A stretch of 64,000 nt of DNA from Octopus vulgaris (lineage: Eukaryota): NCBI GenBank assembly GCA_951406725.2, contig OX597832.1:71362001-71426000 (forward strand), given 5' to 3'. The position numbers were made by a program, and so were the translations under genes. Positions within the stretch are counted from its first letter, which is position 1; every line of letters begins with the position of its first letter. Under the pieces are notes generated by a model. It saw only the letters and a list, made by a program, of their open reading frames with translations, was not told the origin of the DNA and did not search any database. Shown piece after piece: positions 1-12,719 of the stretch.

Positions 1-782
1 AACATGGTTATGTTTGCAGAAAGGAAAGCTGAAAAGGGAGACAGAAAGTTTGTTAGTAGCAGCACAAGATCAAGCATTAAGGACTAATTGGATAAAAGCC
101 AAGCTGGACAAAAAAAACTACATAGATTTCCAGTGTAGGTTATGCAAATTAAAAGAGGAAAGCACTACTCATATAGTGAGTGAATGTAGCATGCTGGCAC
201 AGAAAGAATACAAGAAAAGACATGACAACCTAAGGAAAGTAATCTACTGGGAGTTATGTAAAAAAGCTAGGATTTGAACATACAAATAAATGCTATGAAC
301 ATGAACCTAGTAAAGTAAGAACATGAACCTACTAGAAAGTAAGAAATACAAGATGTTGTGGGATTTTAACATTCAAACTGACAGAAGACTTTATTTTATA
401 GTAGCAGATAAAGAGAGCAGAAAGTGCCAGATAATTGATTTTACAGTCGTAAATGATGAAAAAATCAATACGAGAGGTATGGGGAAAATAGCAAAGTACC
501 AGGACCTAGCCATTGAATTACAGAGACTATGGAAAGTGTGGGTAAAATGTATCCCAGTAGTTATAGGTGCATTGGGAACTATCCCTAAAGATCTCAACAG
601 ATGGATAGAGGAAATAGGCATAAAACCCAATCTAGTACAGTTCCAGCAAACTGTGTTATTAGGGACAGCTAAGATACTTAAGAGGGTTCTTGGCATCTAA
701 GGTTACTTGTTGTAGCCTGATGTTAGGATTTTTTATTTCCCAACTGTCTAATCTGTTGTGTGTATATGAAAACAATAATAAT
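1..782 (+). mobile_element. R4/Dong-clade RLE non-LTR retrotransposon, 3' fragment A (degenerate)
   Basis: ORFs 14-277 and 323-700 give AAQDQAL, CRLC-x-H-x-C zinc knuckle, RHD, LWDF and a restriction-like endonuclease C-terminus (KIAKYQDL, PVVIGALG). Ends in an AAT repeat near 772-782. Confidence 0.9.
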
Positions 783-796
783 GACATTGCATATTT

Positions 797-1192
797 GTAC
801 CCCAGTGTCACTTTGATGGCACATACTGCTCTCTCACTCAGTAATAATATCTGATCACAAGCAGAAGTAGTGGGGGGAGCATCATAGCCATGTGTTAAGA
901 GGAATTCTTTGGAGTTTAAATAATTCACCTCTGGAGACATAGGTGTTTCATTCAACATCCTTAAACAACCCTTATTCAGGGACCTTTTGAGCAGGATGGG
1001 CTACTTGGCCTGAAGAAAATTCTAATGGGGCCCCACCTGTAAGGTCATGCACTGTTTATCTTGATATGAGATCACCATGTCACACACATATGGATGCATG
1101 TGCTTGGTATACCCTTATCAGAGGTGTAGTCATGATGGGTATACTGGGCTTCATATATTTTACCCCAGTGTTACTTTGATGGCATGCTGCTA
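797..1192 (+). repeat. Unclassified ~340-bp interspersed repeat (copy 1) preceded by a duplicate of its own 3' tip
   Basis: 860-1190 is the reverse complement of 3271-3615. The 3' tip (taccccagtgtcactttgatggca...ctctctcactca) also occurs at 797-840 followed by a TAA-like run. Confidence 0.75.
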
Positions 1193-1215
1193 AGCATTTT
1201 GTCCAGCATGCTAAT

Positions 1216-1415
<200 letters not shown>

Positions 1416-1417
1416 TG

Positions 1418-2008
1418 TAGCCAAAAACCTCCACTGGCTACTATGCTGTAAGTATGGATATGAGGTTATGGGTGCTTGGTAACAACATACACCAGAAAAG
1501 GTAATGGACTAAAAGGGGAAGGCAAAAATCCTCTGGGACTTTGATTTCCAGACAGACAAAGTGTGAGAGCACTGAAGACCAGATATAGTAACCTTTAGGA
1601 AGTACAAACAAGAGTGCTTAATAATTGATGTAGCAGTGCCAGGAGATCAACATATCATCATGAAAGAAAGAGAAAAAGTTGATGAATATGGAGAATTGAG
1701 ATAGATAAGATGTGGCAGCTATGAGAGTCGAACATAAAGGTTATCCCTATTGTCATCGGAGCATTGGGTTCAATACCACCCAATCTGAAAAAAAGAATCT
1801 GAAAACTTTAGAATTACCCTACAATCTAGGTGTATTGCAAAAGTCCTCATTACTTGGAACTGCATGCATATTGTGTAAAGTACTGTCTATCTGAGGTTGT
1901 TGTTGTAACTTGACTAACAGTACAAACCCTCAGTAGATACAATCTCTTCAGTCAACAACCTCATGATATTGTATACTGTGCGACGTTTATAATGATAATA
2001 ATAATAAA
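1418..2008 (+). mobile_element. R4/Dong-clade element, 3' fragment B (degenerate)
   Basis: Translatable pieces LHW, ILWDF, RPDIV, IIDVAVPGD and LQKSSLLGTACILCKVLSI* (stop 1894); AAT runs on both sides. Confidence 0.85.
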
Positions 2009-2705
2009 TGTTAAGGACCAACTATATGAATTGCAGAATAGATAACACTGTCGGTAGTGACAAATACAGAATATGTAGTGAGAGGGGTGAAACAGTATGG
2101 CACATCATTAGCAAATGCCCAAATTGGCACAACATGAATACAAAAGATGCCATGACAATGTGGCAAGAATGATCCATTGGGATCTCTGTGGAAAGCAAAG
2201 ACATGGTATGAGCAAACCCCAGAAGGAGTCACTGAAAATGTGAATTGCAAAATTCTGTAGGATGCAATAATCCGTGCGGTCACCTGACCAGACATTAGAA
2301 ACTGGGCCTTGTTGTAATGAATAAAAAAGAAAGAACATGTATGATAATTGACATAGCATGCTCCAGTGACAACAGGATCAATGTGAAAGAAAAATAAAAA
2401 ATAAACAACTGTGACGATTTAAAGTGGGGAATACAAAGGTCATGGTAAATGAAGAGAGTAGACGTGATACCAATAGTAATTGGTGCACTTGGAAATATCA
2501 GCATTTAACTACCAACAATGCCTGGAAAAGATTGGTGCAAGGGTGAAGGTAGAACACCTACAAAAATCAGCATTGCTTGGAACTGCAAGAATTCTTTGCA
2601 GGGTTCTTGAAGCATGACCAGTAAACAAGAGTCACCTTGGTCTGCTGGTTGTGAACAGCTGACGCTTTCCATCATACCCAACAAAATAAACTGTGAGTTT
2701 TCATA

Positions 2706-2760
<55 letters not shown>
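2009..2760 (+). mobile_element. R4/Dong-clade element, 3' fragment C with (AAT)n tract
   Basis: LRTNY, ETVWHIISKCP, HDNVARMIHWDLC, IIDIAC, IPIVIGALG and QKSALLGTARIL are readable with stops/frameshifts; (AAT)n at 2708-2760. Confidence 0.85.
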
Positions 2761-2820
2761 CCTTTCTACTAATGGATAAGGCCTGAAATTTTGGGGGAGG
2801 GGACTAGTCAATTTCATTCT

Positions 2821-2991
2821 CCCCACCTTTTTTTTTTTACCTTTGTATGCTATGCATATGTCCCTTCTTTTTCACTGTGTACCATGTATACTAATTTTTT
2901 TTAGTCATTTCATCATTATATGTACACCCCCATACTTTATGTCTGTCTCTGTGTTGTCCCCCTCATCCTTTGCCCTTGTGGCAAATAAATG

Positions 2992-3020
<29 letters not shown>
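2821..3020 (+). mobile_element. Isolated 3' UTR of the L1/Tx1-like element seen at 26.8-27.7 kb
   Basis: Close similarity to 27495-27668, ending aaataaatgaaatc plus (ATC)n. Confidence 0.75.
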
Positions 3021-3022
<2 letters not shown>

Positions 3023-3044
3023 TATTCTTATTTATTTTTATTTT

Positions 3045-3208
3045 AAGGCAGTAAGCTGGCAGAACCATTAGCAAGCTGGGCAAAATGCTTCGCAGCATTT
3101 TGTGCATATTTACATTCTGAGTTCAAATTCTGCAGGCACTAAGATCAATGTAATCAATCAGCCCCTTTCCCCAAAATTTCAGGCCTTGTACCTATAGTAG
3201 AAAGGATT

Positions 3209-3270
<62 letters not shown>
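3045..3270 (+). mobile_element. tRNA-derived SINE, family 1 (internally deleted), (ATT)n tail
   Basis: A-box-like agctggcagaa and B-box-like gagttcaaattc. Related to the minus-strand copy at 48356-48550 and the 3' tip at 2761-2815. Confidence 0.7.
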
Positions 3271-3271
<1 letters not shown>

Positions 3272-3615
3272 GAGTGAGAGATCAGTGCATGCCATCAAAG
3301 TGACACTGGGGTAAAATATATGAAGCCCAGTATACCCATCATGACTACCCGTTTGATAAAGGTACACTAGGCACATGCATCACAACCATATGTGTGCGAC
3401 ATGGTGATCTCATATCAAGATAAATAGCACATGACCTTGCAGGTGGGGCCCACTTAGAATTTCCTTCTGGTCGAGTAACCCATCCCACTCAAAAGGTCCC
3501 TGAATAAGGGTTGTTTAAGGATGTTGAATGAAACACCCATCTTTCCAGAGGTGAATTATTCAAACCCCAAAGAATCCATCTCAACACATGGCTATGATGC
3601 TCCCCCACTACTGCA
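3271..3615 (-). repeat. Unclassified ~340-bp interspersed repeat (copy 2)
   Basis: Inverted relative to 860-1190; its minus-strand 3' end runs directly into (AAT)n. Confidence 0.75.
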
Positions 3616-3632
3616 TCGGGGCATTTATTCTT

Positions 3633-3706
<74 letters not shown>

Positions 3707-6419
3707 CTTAATGTTTCCCCTTTAAAACATGGTTGCACTGCAAATTTTCTTTAGATTTGCATCCTGCTTCCTCCCATCAACTAAATATATTATGTCTTTA
3801 GTAGTAGTAATAGAGAAGACGTTTAAGAGCATTATAGTAGATCATCGCTAAATTAAGATGTGGTACTGGATATCAAATTACTATAAAATGTCAGTTGGTT
3901 GAACCACAAATTAGCATCACTAATATCTTAGCTGTGTAAATGATTCCAACAATTTGACATCCTCCCCTTAAGGTCATATTTCTTGCAGACAGTAAAATAG
4001 CAACTCATATCAACTAAATGGTTGCTAAAATATGTCAATAATTTCACCTAATATCAGTTAGGTTTTACAATTTAAAAACAAAAGATAGTACAAAATGTCT
4101 CCATACTTACAGAATACTATGTTCAAGAGAAGAAAATGGATGGAATACATATAACTGCTATTTTAAATATATATTGATTAACTGGACCACTTCTCAAAGA
4201 ATGTAGGTTGGTAGTATACATACTATTGAATGTCTGGCAATATTTATATTACTCCACATTTTAGCTCTTGGAGATTTAGGCAAATACTTAATGAATTACT
4301 ATTTAACAATATTAATTGAAGTTTTCTGAGATCTTATTTGCATTTCTAAAGTGCAACTTAGAGTTTTGTGTTCTATATGCTTAGATTCTTCCATTTGAAG
4401 AAAATCATCAATTAGTATATAATGTAACACATCTATTGGTTTTTCATTAAATATGCAACACACAAAAGGAGTAGGAATGAATATTTCAGTCATAGCCATC
4501 CTAAAATTTTGTATATTAGGGACTACATTGTCCTTCTATATTTAAGACAGAATAAATTTAGTTTGAGAGCTTTGTCTGCTATTTCTAGCCGATTGGGTGA
4601 CCACATTCAAGCTCCCTCATTGACTCAGTGAACTCTCATTGGCTTGTTGTTCTGTCACCAGAAGTATACATCAACATATGACCAGTGCTATTGACTTAAA
4701 AAGGTGGTCTTATAGGAGCTGTAATTTTCATGCCTTTCCTAAAAGAAATGGTTAGAACTAGGAATCAAGCCTATATTGTAGAATCAATTTGTCAGAAGTC
4801 TACTATGGTGTGCACCATGTGTAACACATAAAACAAGTTTAAAGAGGAAAATTCTGGCATCGGTTATTGATTTCTCACATTGGTTAGCAATAAAGCTACA
4901 AATTTGTATAGAGGGAGTGTAGTTGATTGAATTGATACAATTATATGATACAAACAAAGGAAAAGGAAAGCTTAAGTCAACCACAGCAGGACTTGAACTT
5001 TAAACAAAGTAATATAACAAAATACTGAAAATAATCTAGTTTGTCACTTTATATTATTATCATTTCATTCTTCACCTAAAAATTAGGAAGCAAGCAATTT
5101 TAATTTTTAGTTAATTAACTTCAACTATAGGAAGGCTGCTATAACTGGCTGAGTTGTAAAAGTACTAGCCTACTAATCAGAGTGTGCATTATGTGTTTAT
5201 CATAAACAATGATGCTCAATGTCAACTCCAAACACACCATACTTGCCCTATTTTACAAAGATAGTTTGTGGAAAAAATTAATTTGTATGTTTCATCATAC
5301 ACTTATTAAAATATATTTTAAAATGTAGGATTGTGTGCAAGTAAATAGAATATTGTGACAATATCTAGGAATAAGGTAAAAAACTGAATTTATCATAAAA
5401 AATACATTATAGGGGTAACCATACTTCAATCTCATCTTTTTTTTTAGTCCAACCGATTACATAGTTGTTAATATTTTGGTCAAGAGAGTAGCCATACAGG
5501 AAGTAAAACACGTATACGCTGAGGAAAGTAGTATAACAAGATGATGTGACCTCTCCTCATAACTGCTCATGTACTGTAAGTAACTTTGCTTACAGTACAT
5601 GACTTGTTTTCAATATTCTACTATTCCTAACAATTATCATTCCAATCAGATTTATATTCCTCTAGTTCCCTACTCAACAACAGTTGGCTTCCCATTTGCA
5701 ATACAGCTGCAGTAGACAAAGAGAAATCATTTGATACATTTCAAAATACAAAAAGCACATCTTATATGCTGGCAAATATGATAAGTCCTACATCTGCAGT
5801 TTATTTTCCAGTAAATACCATTAGAAGATATACTCACTATTTCTGGAACTGTATAACTGATGAGATAAAAAGGATGAAAGTTTAAAAAATGTGTCCCACG
5901 CACAATTAACAAGAATATTTCTCACACACTTTATCACAACAAACCAAACTATATCACTATATCTCTTCTCTTCCTCACATTTCCATGCCATGCACTAGGC
6001 TTACCTTCCACTCCCCAATCCTGTACTTATTGGCCCTGTCTCACTGTATCATTGTTATCCACTAGCTTCCAAACTGTGTCCCACCCATGCCCTGTCTCAC
6101 TGTATCATTGTGTATGCCCAGCACTTTGCCACTATCTCTGTTCTGCTGTCTTCCTCTCTCTCCTTCTTCTGCCCTTCCCTCAGGTTGGGTAACCATGTAT
6201 TTCCTTTGTGGCAGCACACCTGTTTCTGTCTTCATTCTTGATCTCTCTCTCTCTCCCTCAGGCCAGGTAACCTTGTACCTCCTCTACAGCAAGACACCTG
6301 TTTCTATCTCTCTGCTTCACTATAACCTTTCATTATCCAACACAGGATCACTTCCCCAATGGCCCCTCCTTGATCAAAAGAGCTTTCTTTTGTCTTGCAA
6401 GTACTTGGTGACCCTGTCA

Positions 6420-6692
6420 CTACACTGTTAAGTGGTTGGCATTTGGAAGGGCGTCCAGCTGTAAAAGCTTTGCCAAAACTGACCTTGCCTGTGCTTGTGC
6501 CACATAAAAAGCACTAAGTCCACTCTGCTGAGTGGTTGCTGTTAGGAAGGGCATCCAGCTGTTAAACTCCTGCTAAAACAGTTACAGAAGTTTGGTGCAG
6601 GCTTCTGCCTGGCCAGCTCTTGTCAAACCATCCCACCCATGCCAGCATGGAAGGCAGACATTAAACGATAATGATGATGATGATGATGATGA
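6420..6692 (+). mobile_element. RTE-type 3' tail / SINE-like repeat ending (ATG)n
   Basis: Motif ggttggcattaggaagggcatccagc...cccatgccagcatggaa...(gat)n shared with 9778-10506, 26304-26612, 39060-39240 and 47205-47426. Confidence 0.75.
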
Positions 6693-6693
6693 G

Positions 6694-6747
<54 letters not shown>

Positions 6748-7559
6748 ATGTATGTATGTATGTATGTATGTATGTATGTATGTATGTATGTATGCATGTA
6801 TGAATGTCAGGTTACACGTCTGTCAAGTCACTTATGAGGCTCTCAGAAGTGCTACTGGTAACATGGAATCCAGTACAGCCTGTTGCATGTTCAGGTTGTT
6901 GTTGACTAAACTAACACCTCCACTATACTACTCTGGTGTGGAGGGTTGCTAGAAACCCAGCAGGATTAAAAACAAGACCTGTTGAAAGGTTGGATGAATG
7001 TAGTGCAGGCTCCACGGCTATCTAGCAATAGCATGGGTATGCAGAATTTCTGGGATGGTGTTCCGGCATGCTAGAAGACCACTGGGAGTGAGGCATTCCT
7101 CTGCTTTTGTTGAAGCATGTCTCTAGGAGAAGGTCACTCTAATATAAAACCAGATATGCAGGGAATGGCATTGGACATTTTGGGGATCTTTGGCTTGTGC
7201 AAGAGATTGTGGCACTCCCACATCCCTGAGCCTGCAACTCATATTGGCACCAGACTTTTCACTCTGACTTGTCTGTGGATAATGTGAATTGAGTGGAGAA
7301 GGTCTATGAGGTGTCATGCAAGCCTTATTGGACCTAAAACTCTGCACAGGCATTGCTGACCTCTGCTTTTTTTCCCTATATATATTTATTTTATTTTCAG
7401 TATGTATCTTTACTTTTAGTATACATTTATTTATTTTTAATATATATTTATCTATGACATCTATGATATTTGTAATGACAAGTCCTTTCATGGATCGGAA
7501 TGCTGAACAGACCACAGTCTGGTGTGAGCAAAGTTCCAGATGATGATTAGAGTGAAAGA

Positions 7560-8880
7560 GAGAAGAGGGCCATTTGGCATTCTTCAGTGTTTGAAGTCCA
7601 CAAGATATATGATGCTGTGTTGAGGAAAGAGCTTCAGACTCACTTGACCAGCATTGAAAATACTACAGTATAAGAAAATTTTCAAGACCAGGTTCTTCAA
7701 TGTGCTGCTGAAATACTAGGATATTCTACTGTCAGACATAGAGATTGGTTTGATGAAAATGATGCTGAAGTTCAGTGATTATTAGTTGTAAAGTGCCATG
7801 CCCACAATGTATTGCTGCACAGAGGACTTTCAGCTGTGGTACAAAATCTAACACTTGCCCACTATAGCAGTGTTTATTCACTACTGCAGTGATCTCTCAG
7901 GAAGATGCAGAACACTTGGTGGGAGGATCTTGCATGTGATGTTCAGGCTGCTGCTGATGCAAATGACATCAAGAAGCTTTACCATTTTATGAAGCAAGTT
8001 TATGGGCCTAAGAGCTCCACATCAGTTCTTTTGTTTTCCAATGAGTCTTCTACTCCATTTACTAAATCAACAGAAATCATAGGTCACTGGATTGAACACT
8101 TCTCCAAACTCCTAAACTGTGAGTTAGTTGTGGATGAAACAGTGATTGATGCTATGCAACAAAGACCTATCATTGGTTCCTTAAATTCAACGCCCTCAAT
8201 AGATGAGGTAATGACAGCAATAAGTAAACTGAATCTTGGTAGGGCACCTGAAAGGGATGGAATTTGTGCTGGGGTCTTGCAATTTGATAGTGATTACATC
8301 ATACAGTCATTCTGAATGTTGGCTCAGACATATTCTTAATGTTGGCTGGACCTTAAAAACTCCAGACACACAGGTCCTGAGGAAAGCTAATATCCTGAGT
8401 ATTGAGGCAATGGTTACGTTGGACTGGACACATTAGGATGAAGGATAGCAGGATCCCTAAACAGAAGCTATATGGGGAATTTGTGAATTAGTGGAAAGAG
8501 ACCCTGGCAGAAACCAAGGCTGTGATTTAAGAACTGTGTCAAGTCCTCATTAAAGGCCTGTGATATGCCAGAGACTGACTGGGAGAGCAATATGTTATTG
8601 TCACAGATGGAGGAAGCAGGTTAAGGGGGAGGTCGACACCTTTGAGAGAGTACATATTCTGCATGAAGAATTTAAGTATGCTGTATGAAAGTGCACTGCT
8701 AATGTAGTGAATGGGGAAAGTTTGGTTTGCAATGTTTGCAGTCATGTATGTTTGTCAAGAGCAAGGCTCATTAGTCACCAATGGGAGCTGCAAATGCAAA
8801 ATATGAGTTAGTCCTAAAGTGCACAATGTTCTTAAATGTCAGCAATGGTCTTCCTCGGTAATGAGTGGATGGCCATCATG
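7560..8880 (+). mobile_element. RTE-clade LINE family 1, degenerate copy with large internal deletion
   Basis: ORF 7905-8315 and downstream sequence align with the minus-strand copy at 45022-47200. The RT core is missing (jump near 8315). 6810-7560 may be its 5' portion. Confidence 0.85.
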
Positions 8881-9777
8881 TACGTAGGCAGATTATACTT
8901 TTATTGGAGTCACTCATTGGACTGAAGTAACTCCTTCAAAGTTTATCAATGATATCAACTCCAGCACATTTCAGGCTATTACTTATCCCAAGTTGTTATA
9001 GAAACTAAAGGGCATAAGTACAACATTAGTTATATACAGTGTGAAATAAATATTGACATGGGGGCACACACATACACCCTACCATAAATATATATATATC
9101 TAGTATATGCAACTGAAGCAGTATTAAATAAAAATAGCCATCTATGCATCATGCTTCTGATTTATGTTGTATTCTGTGGTGTTTTCTTTTGACAACTATA
9201 CATGCATGGCCAGGGTTGTAGCTTTCATCTCTCTGTCCAAAGAATTTAACCAAAACATGAACAAATCATTCTTAAGTGCACACTCAAGTACTAAAGTGAA
9301 CTTTTAGCACCAGCCTACAAGCTCCACCTCCAAAAAAGGCTACACATATAGTACAACTGCACATATTCCAACCTTACAGGAATACTAACCCCTAAAGCAT
9401 ACACACATTTCCAGAAAACACTTGAAGACTTTTAACAGCCTGAGGATGTTTTTGGTGCCAAGAAACATAATTCTTAACTTGACTATTATTCAGTTGATTT
9501 TGTTGTCTTTTTCACAGCAACCATAAACCGGATGTCTTTTCACCTCCAACTATAGTGAGGGTTCAATATATTTACTTCCATAACAGCTAACTCTGAAGAG
9601 TGCAGAGTTACAAAATCAAGCTGTTATCTAATATCCTTCTGAACCCCTTGTGAAAATTGGTAAGATCAGCTGCAATGGATATATAATACTGCACATTTCA
9701 ACTTATCATCATCATTAGCATCAGCACCAGCATTATCACTATCCTCATTATCATTATTTAACATCTGTTGTCCATGT

Positions 9778-10506
9778 TGGTACGTAAAAGCACCCACTAC
9801 ACTCTCAGAGTGGTTGGCATTAGGAAGGGCATCCACCCGTAGAAACTTTGCCAGATCAGATTGAGCCTGGTGCAGCCTCTAGATCACCAGTCCTCAGTCA
9901 AACTGTCCAAACCATGCCAGCATGGAAAGCAGATGCTAAAGAACAACGATAATGATGATCATGATATATATATATATATATATCTCATTGCCAGAGCAGC
10001 TAACTGGCTTCTGTACCAATGGCACATAAAAAGCACCATTCGAGCATGATCGTTACCAACGTCACCTTACTGGCACTTGTGCCGGTGGCATGTGAAAAAA
10101 CATTCAAGTGAGGTTGTTGCCAGTGCCACTGGACTGGTTCCTGTGCAGGTGGCACGTAAAAAACACCATTTGAGCATGGCCGTTGCCAGTACCACCTGAC
10201 TGTCCATGTGAAAAAACATTTGAGTGAAGTTGTTGCCAGTGCCGCTGGACTGGCTCCTGTGCAGGTGGCACATAAAAAACACCATTTGAACGTGGCCATT
10301 GCCAGTACCACCTGACTGGCCCTCATGCCGTTGGCACGTAAAAGCACCCACTACACTCTCAGAGTGTTTGGCATAAGGAATGGCATCCAGCTGTAGAAAC
10401 TCTGCCAGATCAGATTGGAGCCTGGTGTAGCCATCTAGTTTGCCAGTCAAATTGTCCAATCCATGCTAGTAAAGAAAGTGGACGTTTAACAATGATGATG
10501 ATGATG
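9778..10506 (+). repeat. Two RTE-type tail elements; the second carries an array of ~55-66-bp units
   Basis: Units begin ggcac(g/a)taaaaa or atgtgaaaaaac at about 10021, 10087, 10151, 10206, 10267 and 10333, followed by the common tail and (GAT)n. Confidence 0.8.
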
Positions 10507-10727
10507 ATATATATCACTGCCAGTAACAGTTTTCTCTGTTGTTGTATGTGCCGAAATAAAGAATATATGTGAACCATCCAACCCATATAAGCATGGAGAA
10601 AACATCATCATCATCATTACTATCATCACCACAACCATCATCATCACTACTATTGTTATCACGCATTCATGCATGCATACATAAAAGTATGCATGTATTT
10701 AGAGAGAGAGAGAAAGAGACAGTTATG

Positions 10728-10774
<47 letters not shown>

Positions 10775-11944
10775 GTACATGCATATGTTTTGTGTCAGTG
10801 TGTATGTCTGATGGGATATCTTGATTCCTATGTATAAAAACTTGATTCCTATGCATAAACACCTCATGTGTGTGAGGTGAAGTGTTTAGTGTCTGTTATG
10901 TGCCATGGTATATTGGTATCTTTAAATCAATCAGCATTATAGACTGATTCTGTCATAGCATTTGACATACACCCAATTCAGAAAATCAGAGCTAATATGC
11001 ATACATGTTATTTGTAAACACTTTCGCAGTTGAAAAACACAAATTTTTAATGAGTTATAGGGAAATCTCCGAACCAAGCTGATGTCACTCATTATAAGAC
11101 CAATTACCTATCCAACATTTCAATTTTATATTCCTACTTTACATTCACTGAGCTTAGACAGTATCCACTCAGATGCATGTAACTGTCAAACTCTTAAATT
11201 TTAAATGTCCTGTTAAATTGATATGGTGACTGTGTGTCACTTTGAAAATTATATATTCGAACAGGAATTTGGCAGCACCAAATTGGCAGCCAAGCAGTTA
11301 TTCTATGCTGATGAAAAGAAATAACCAAGAAACTGTGGTACACAGATATTGCTTCGTGCTGAGTGGGAACACCAAACTCCCTCATTCAAAAATATAAGGA
11401 TACAGATAATGTGTCATATAGCCAGCTGGAGACAATGTTTCCTGGGGCTAAATAACAGTAACATTCGTCCTAACTGGGACAGCCACATTATGTTGTCAAA
11501 TAATCTTTACTTTAGAGTATTTTTATTGAATGTCTCTTGTTGAGAGATTTAGAAGTAATAATTTTTCTTTTTATATACATATAGTTATATCTAAAATTAA
11601 AGTTTAAATAAGAGACTTTAAAGTGTCGTATCCAAACCTTGTTTCGGGTATGTCCCTAGTAGTATGCTTGCAGAGAACGTTCACTACTTACAGCTATTAG
11701 GTGTCAACCACGTTAATGCACTTTCATTGCAGGTTCAACGTAAGGAATTCCTCAAGTGTTCATTTAGTATATTGATATGGAAGACAGAGTGATTGATATG
11801 GAAGACAGAGTGTACTGGAAGCTTTATTAAGCACAATGACCATTTCAGTTTACTCTGCACTGCTCCCTAGTGGGCGGGGAATGATATAATGGAATCAAAT
11901 ACATCTCACAGTGCAGAAAACCTTCCTCAGGTTCCATAATAGGC

Positions 11945-12497
11945 TTCAGTGATGACCCCTCACTTCTTTCCACAAGATCTTTGGGTAAACTCTGCTGCCT
12001 ACATAGATGTTCTGAATACAGTGGTTAAGCCATGGATCAATAATGTACGCAATGGAAGACCTTATGTGTTTCAACAAGACTTGACACCATCACACAAGGC
12101 TACAGCAATGCAGGAAAGAATGGCAGAAAATATTCATGACCCCCAACATTTGGTCTCCTAGCTCCTCAGATCTGAATCCATTGGACTACTATGCATGGAG
12201 CATAGTTGAGAAAGAGGTTAATGAGCACCCTCATAACACCAAAGAATCCCTAAAAGCCTCCATAGTCAGAGTAGAGTCCAATATGAACACAGATCACTTG
12301 ATCCTAGCATTTAGGTGATTCAGACTTTGCATAGAAGCTGTTGTTGAAGCTGAAGGATATTTTATTGAATAAAATGATGAAACAATATGTTTATTCTTAT
12401 CCTCAAAACCTTTTTTAGTAAAAAGGCATTATTGTCTGTTTCTAAGAGTCATTTTTGTGTAAGTATATAACTGTCCTCAAATACCTTAAGTACCCTG
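11945..12497 (+). mobile_element. Tc1/mariner superfamily, maT (DD37D-like) transposase 3' half, pseudogenised
   Basis: FQQD...WSPSSSDLNPLDY across a frameshift; EAVVEAEGYF C-terminus; terminus gtaccctg|TA at 12490-12499. Confidence 0.8.
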
Positions 12498-12719
12498 TAT
12501 ATATATACATACATGCACACATACATATACATACACACACACATGTATATATGTGTGTGTGTGTATACATTAAATAGAATGAGACAACAATGCACATGTA
12601 TGCATATGTGTATAGATACATATGTATGCATATATGTTTAAGTATGCAGTCCTATATAATAGGGCATATATACATTTATATGTATGGGTATACTAATGCA
12701 CGTGTTTATCTATATACAT

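Noticed and set aside
9425-9630. Additional hammerhead-like fragments (ctgagga...gaaac; ctgaaga)
   Set aside because: Helices and cleavage triplet could not be paired convincingly.
9985-10350. CRISPR-like periodic array
   Set aside because: Units are similar along their whole length (no unique spacers), no cas genes, eukaryotic context, and the array is attached to a retroposon tail.
11771-11812. Short direct duplications (21 bp here; ~31 bp near 29170-29233)
   Set aside because: Ordinary slippage duplications with no further structure.
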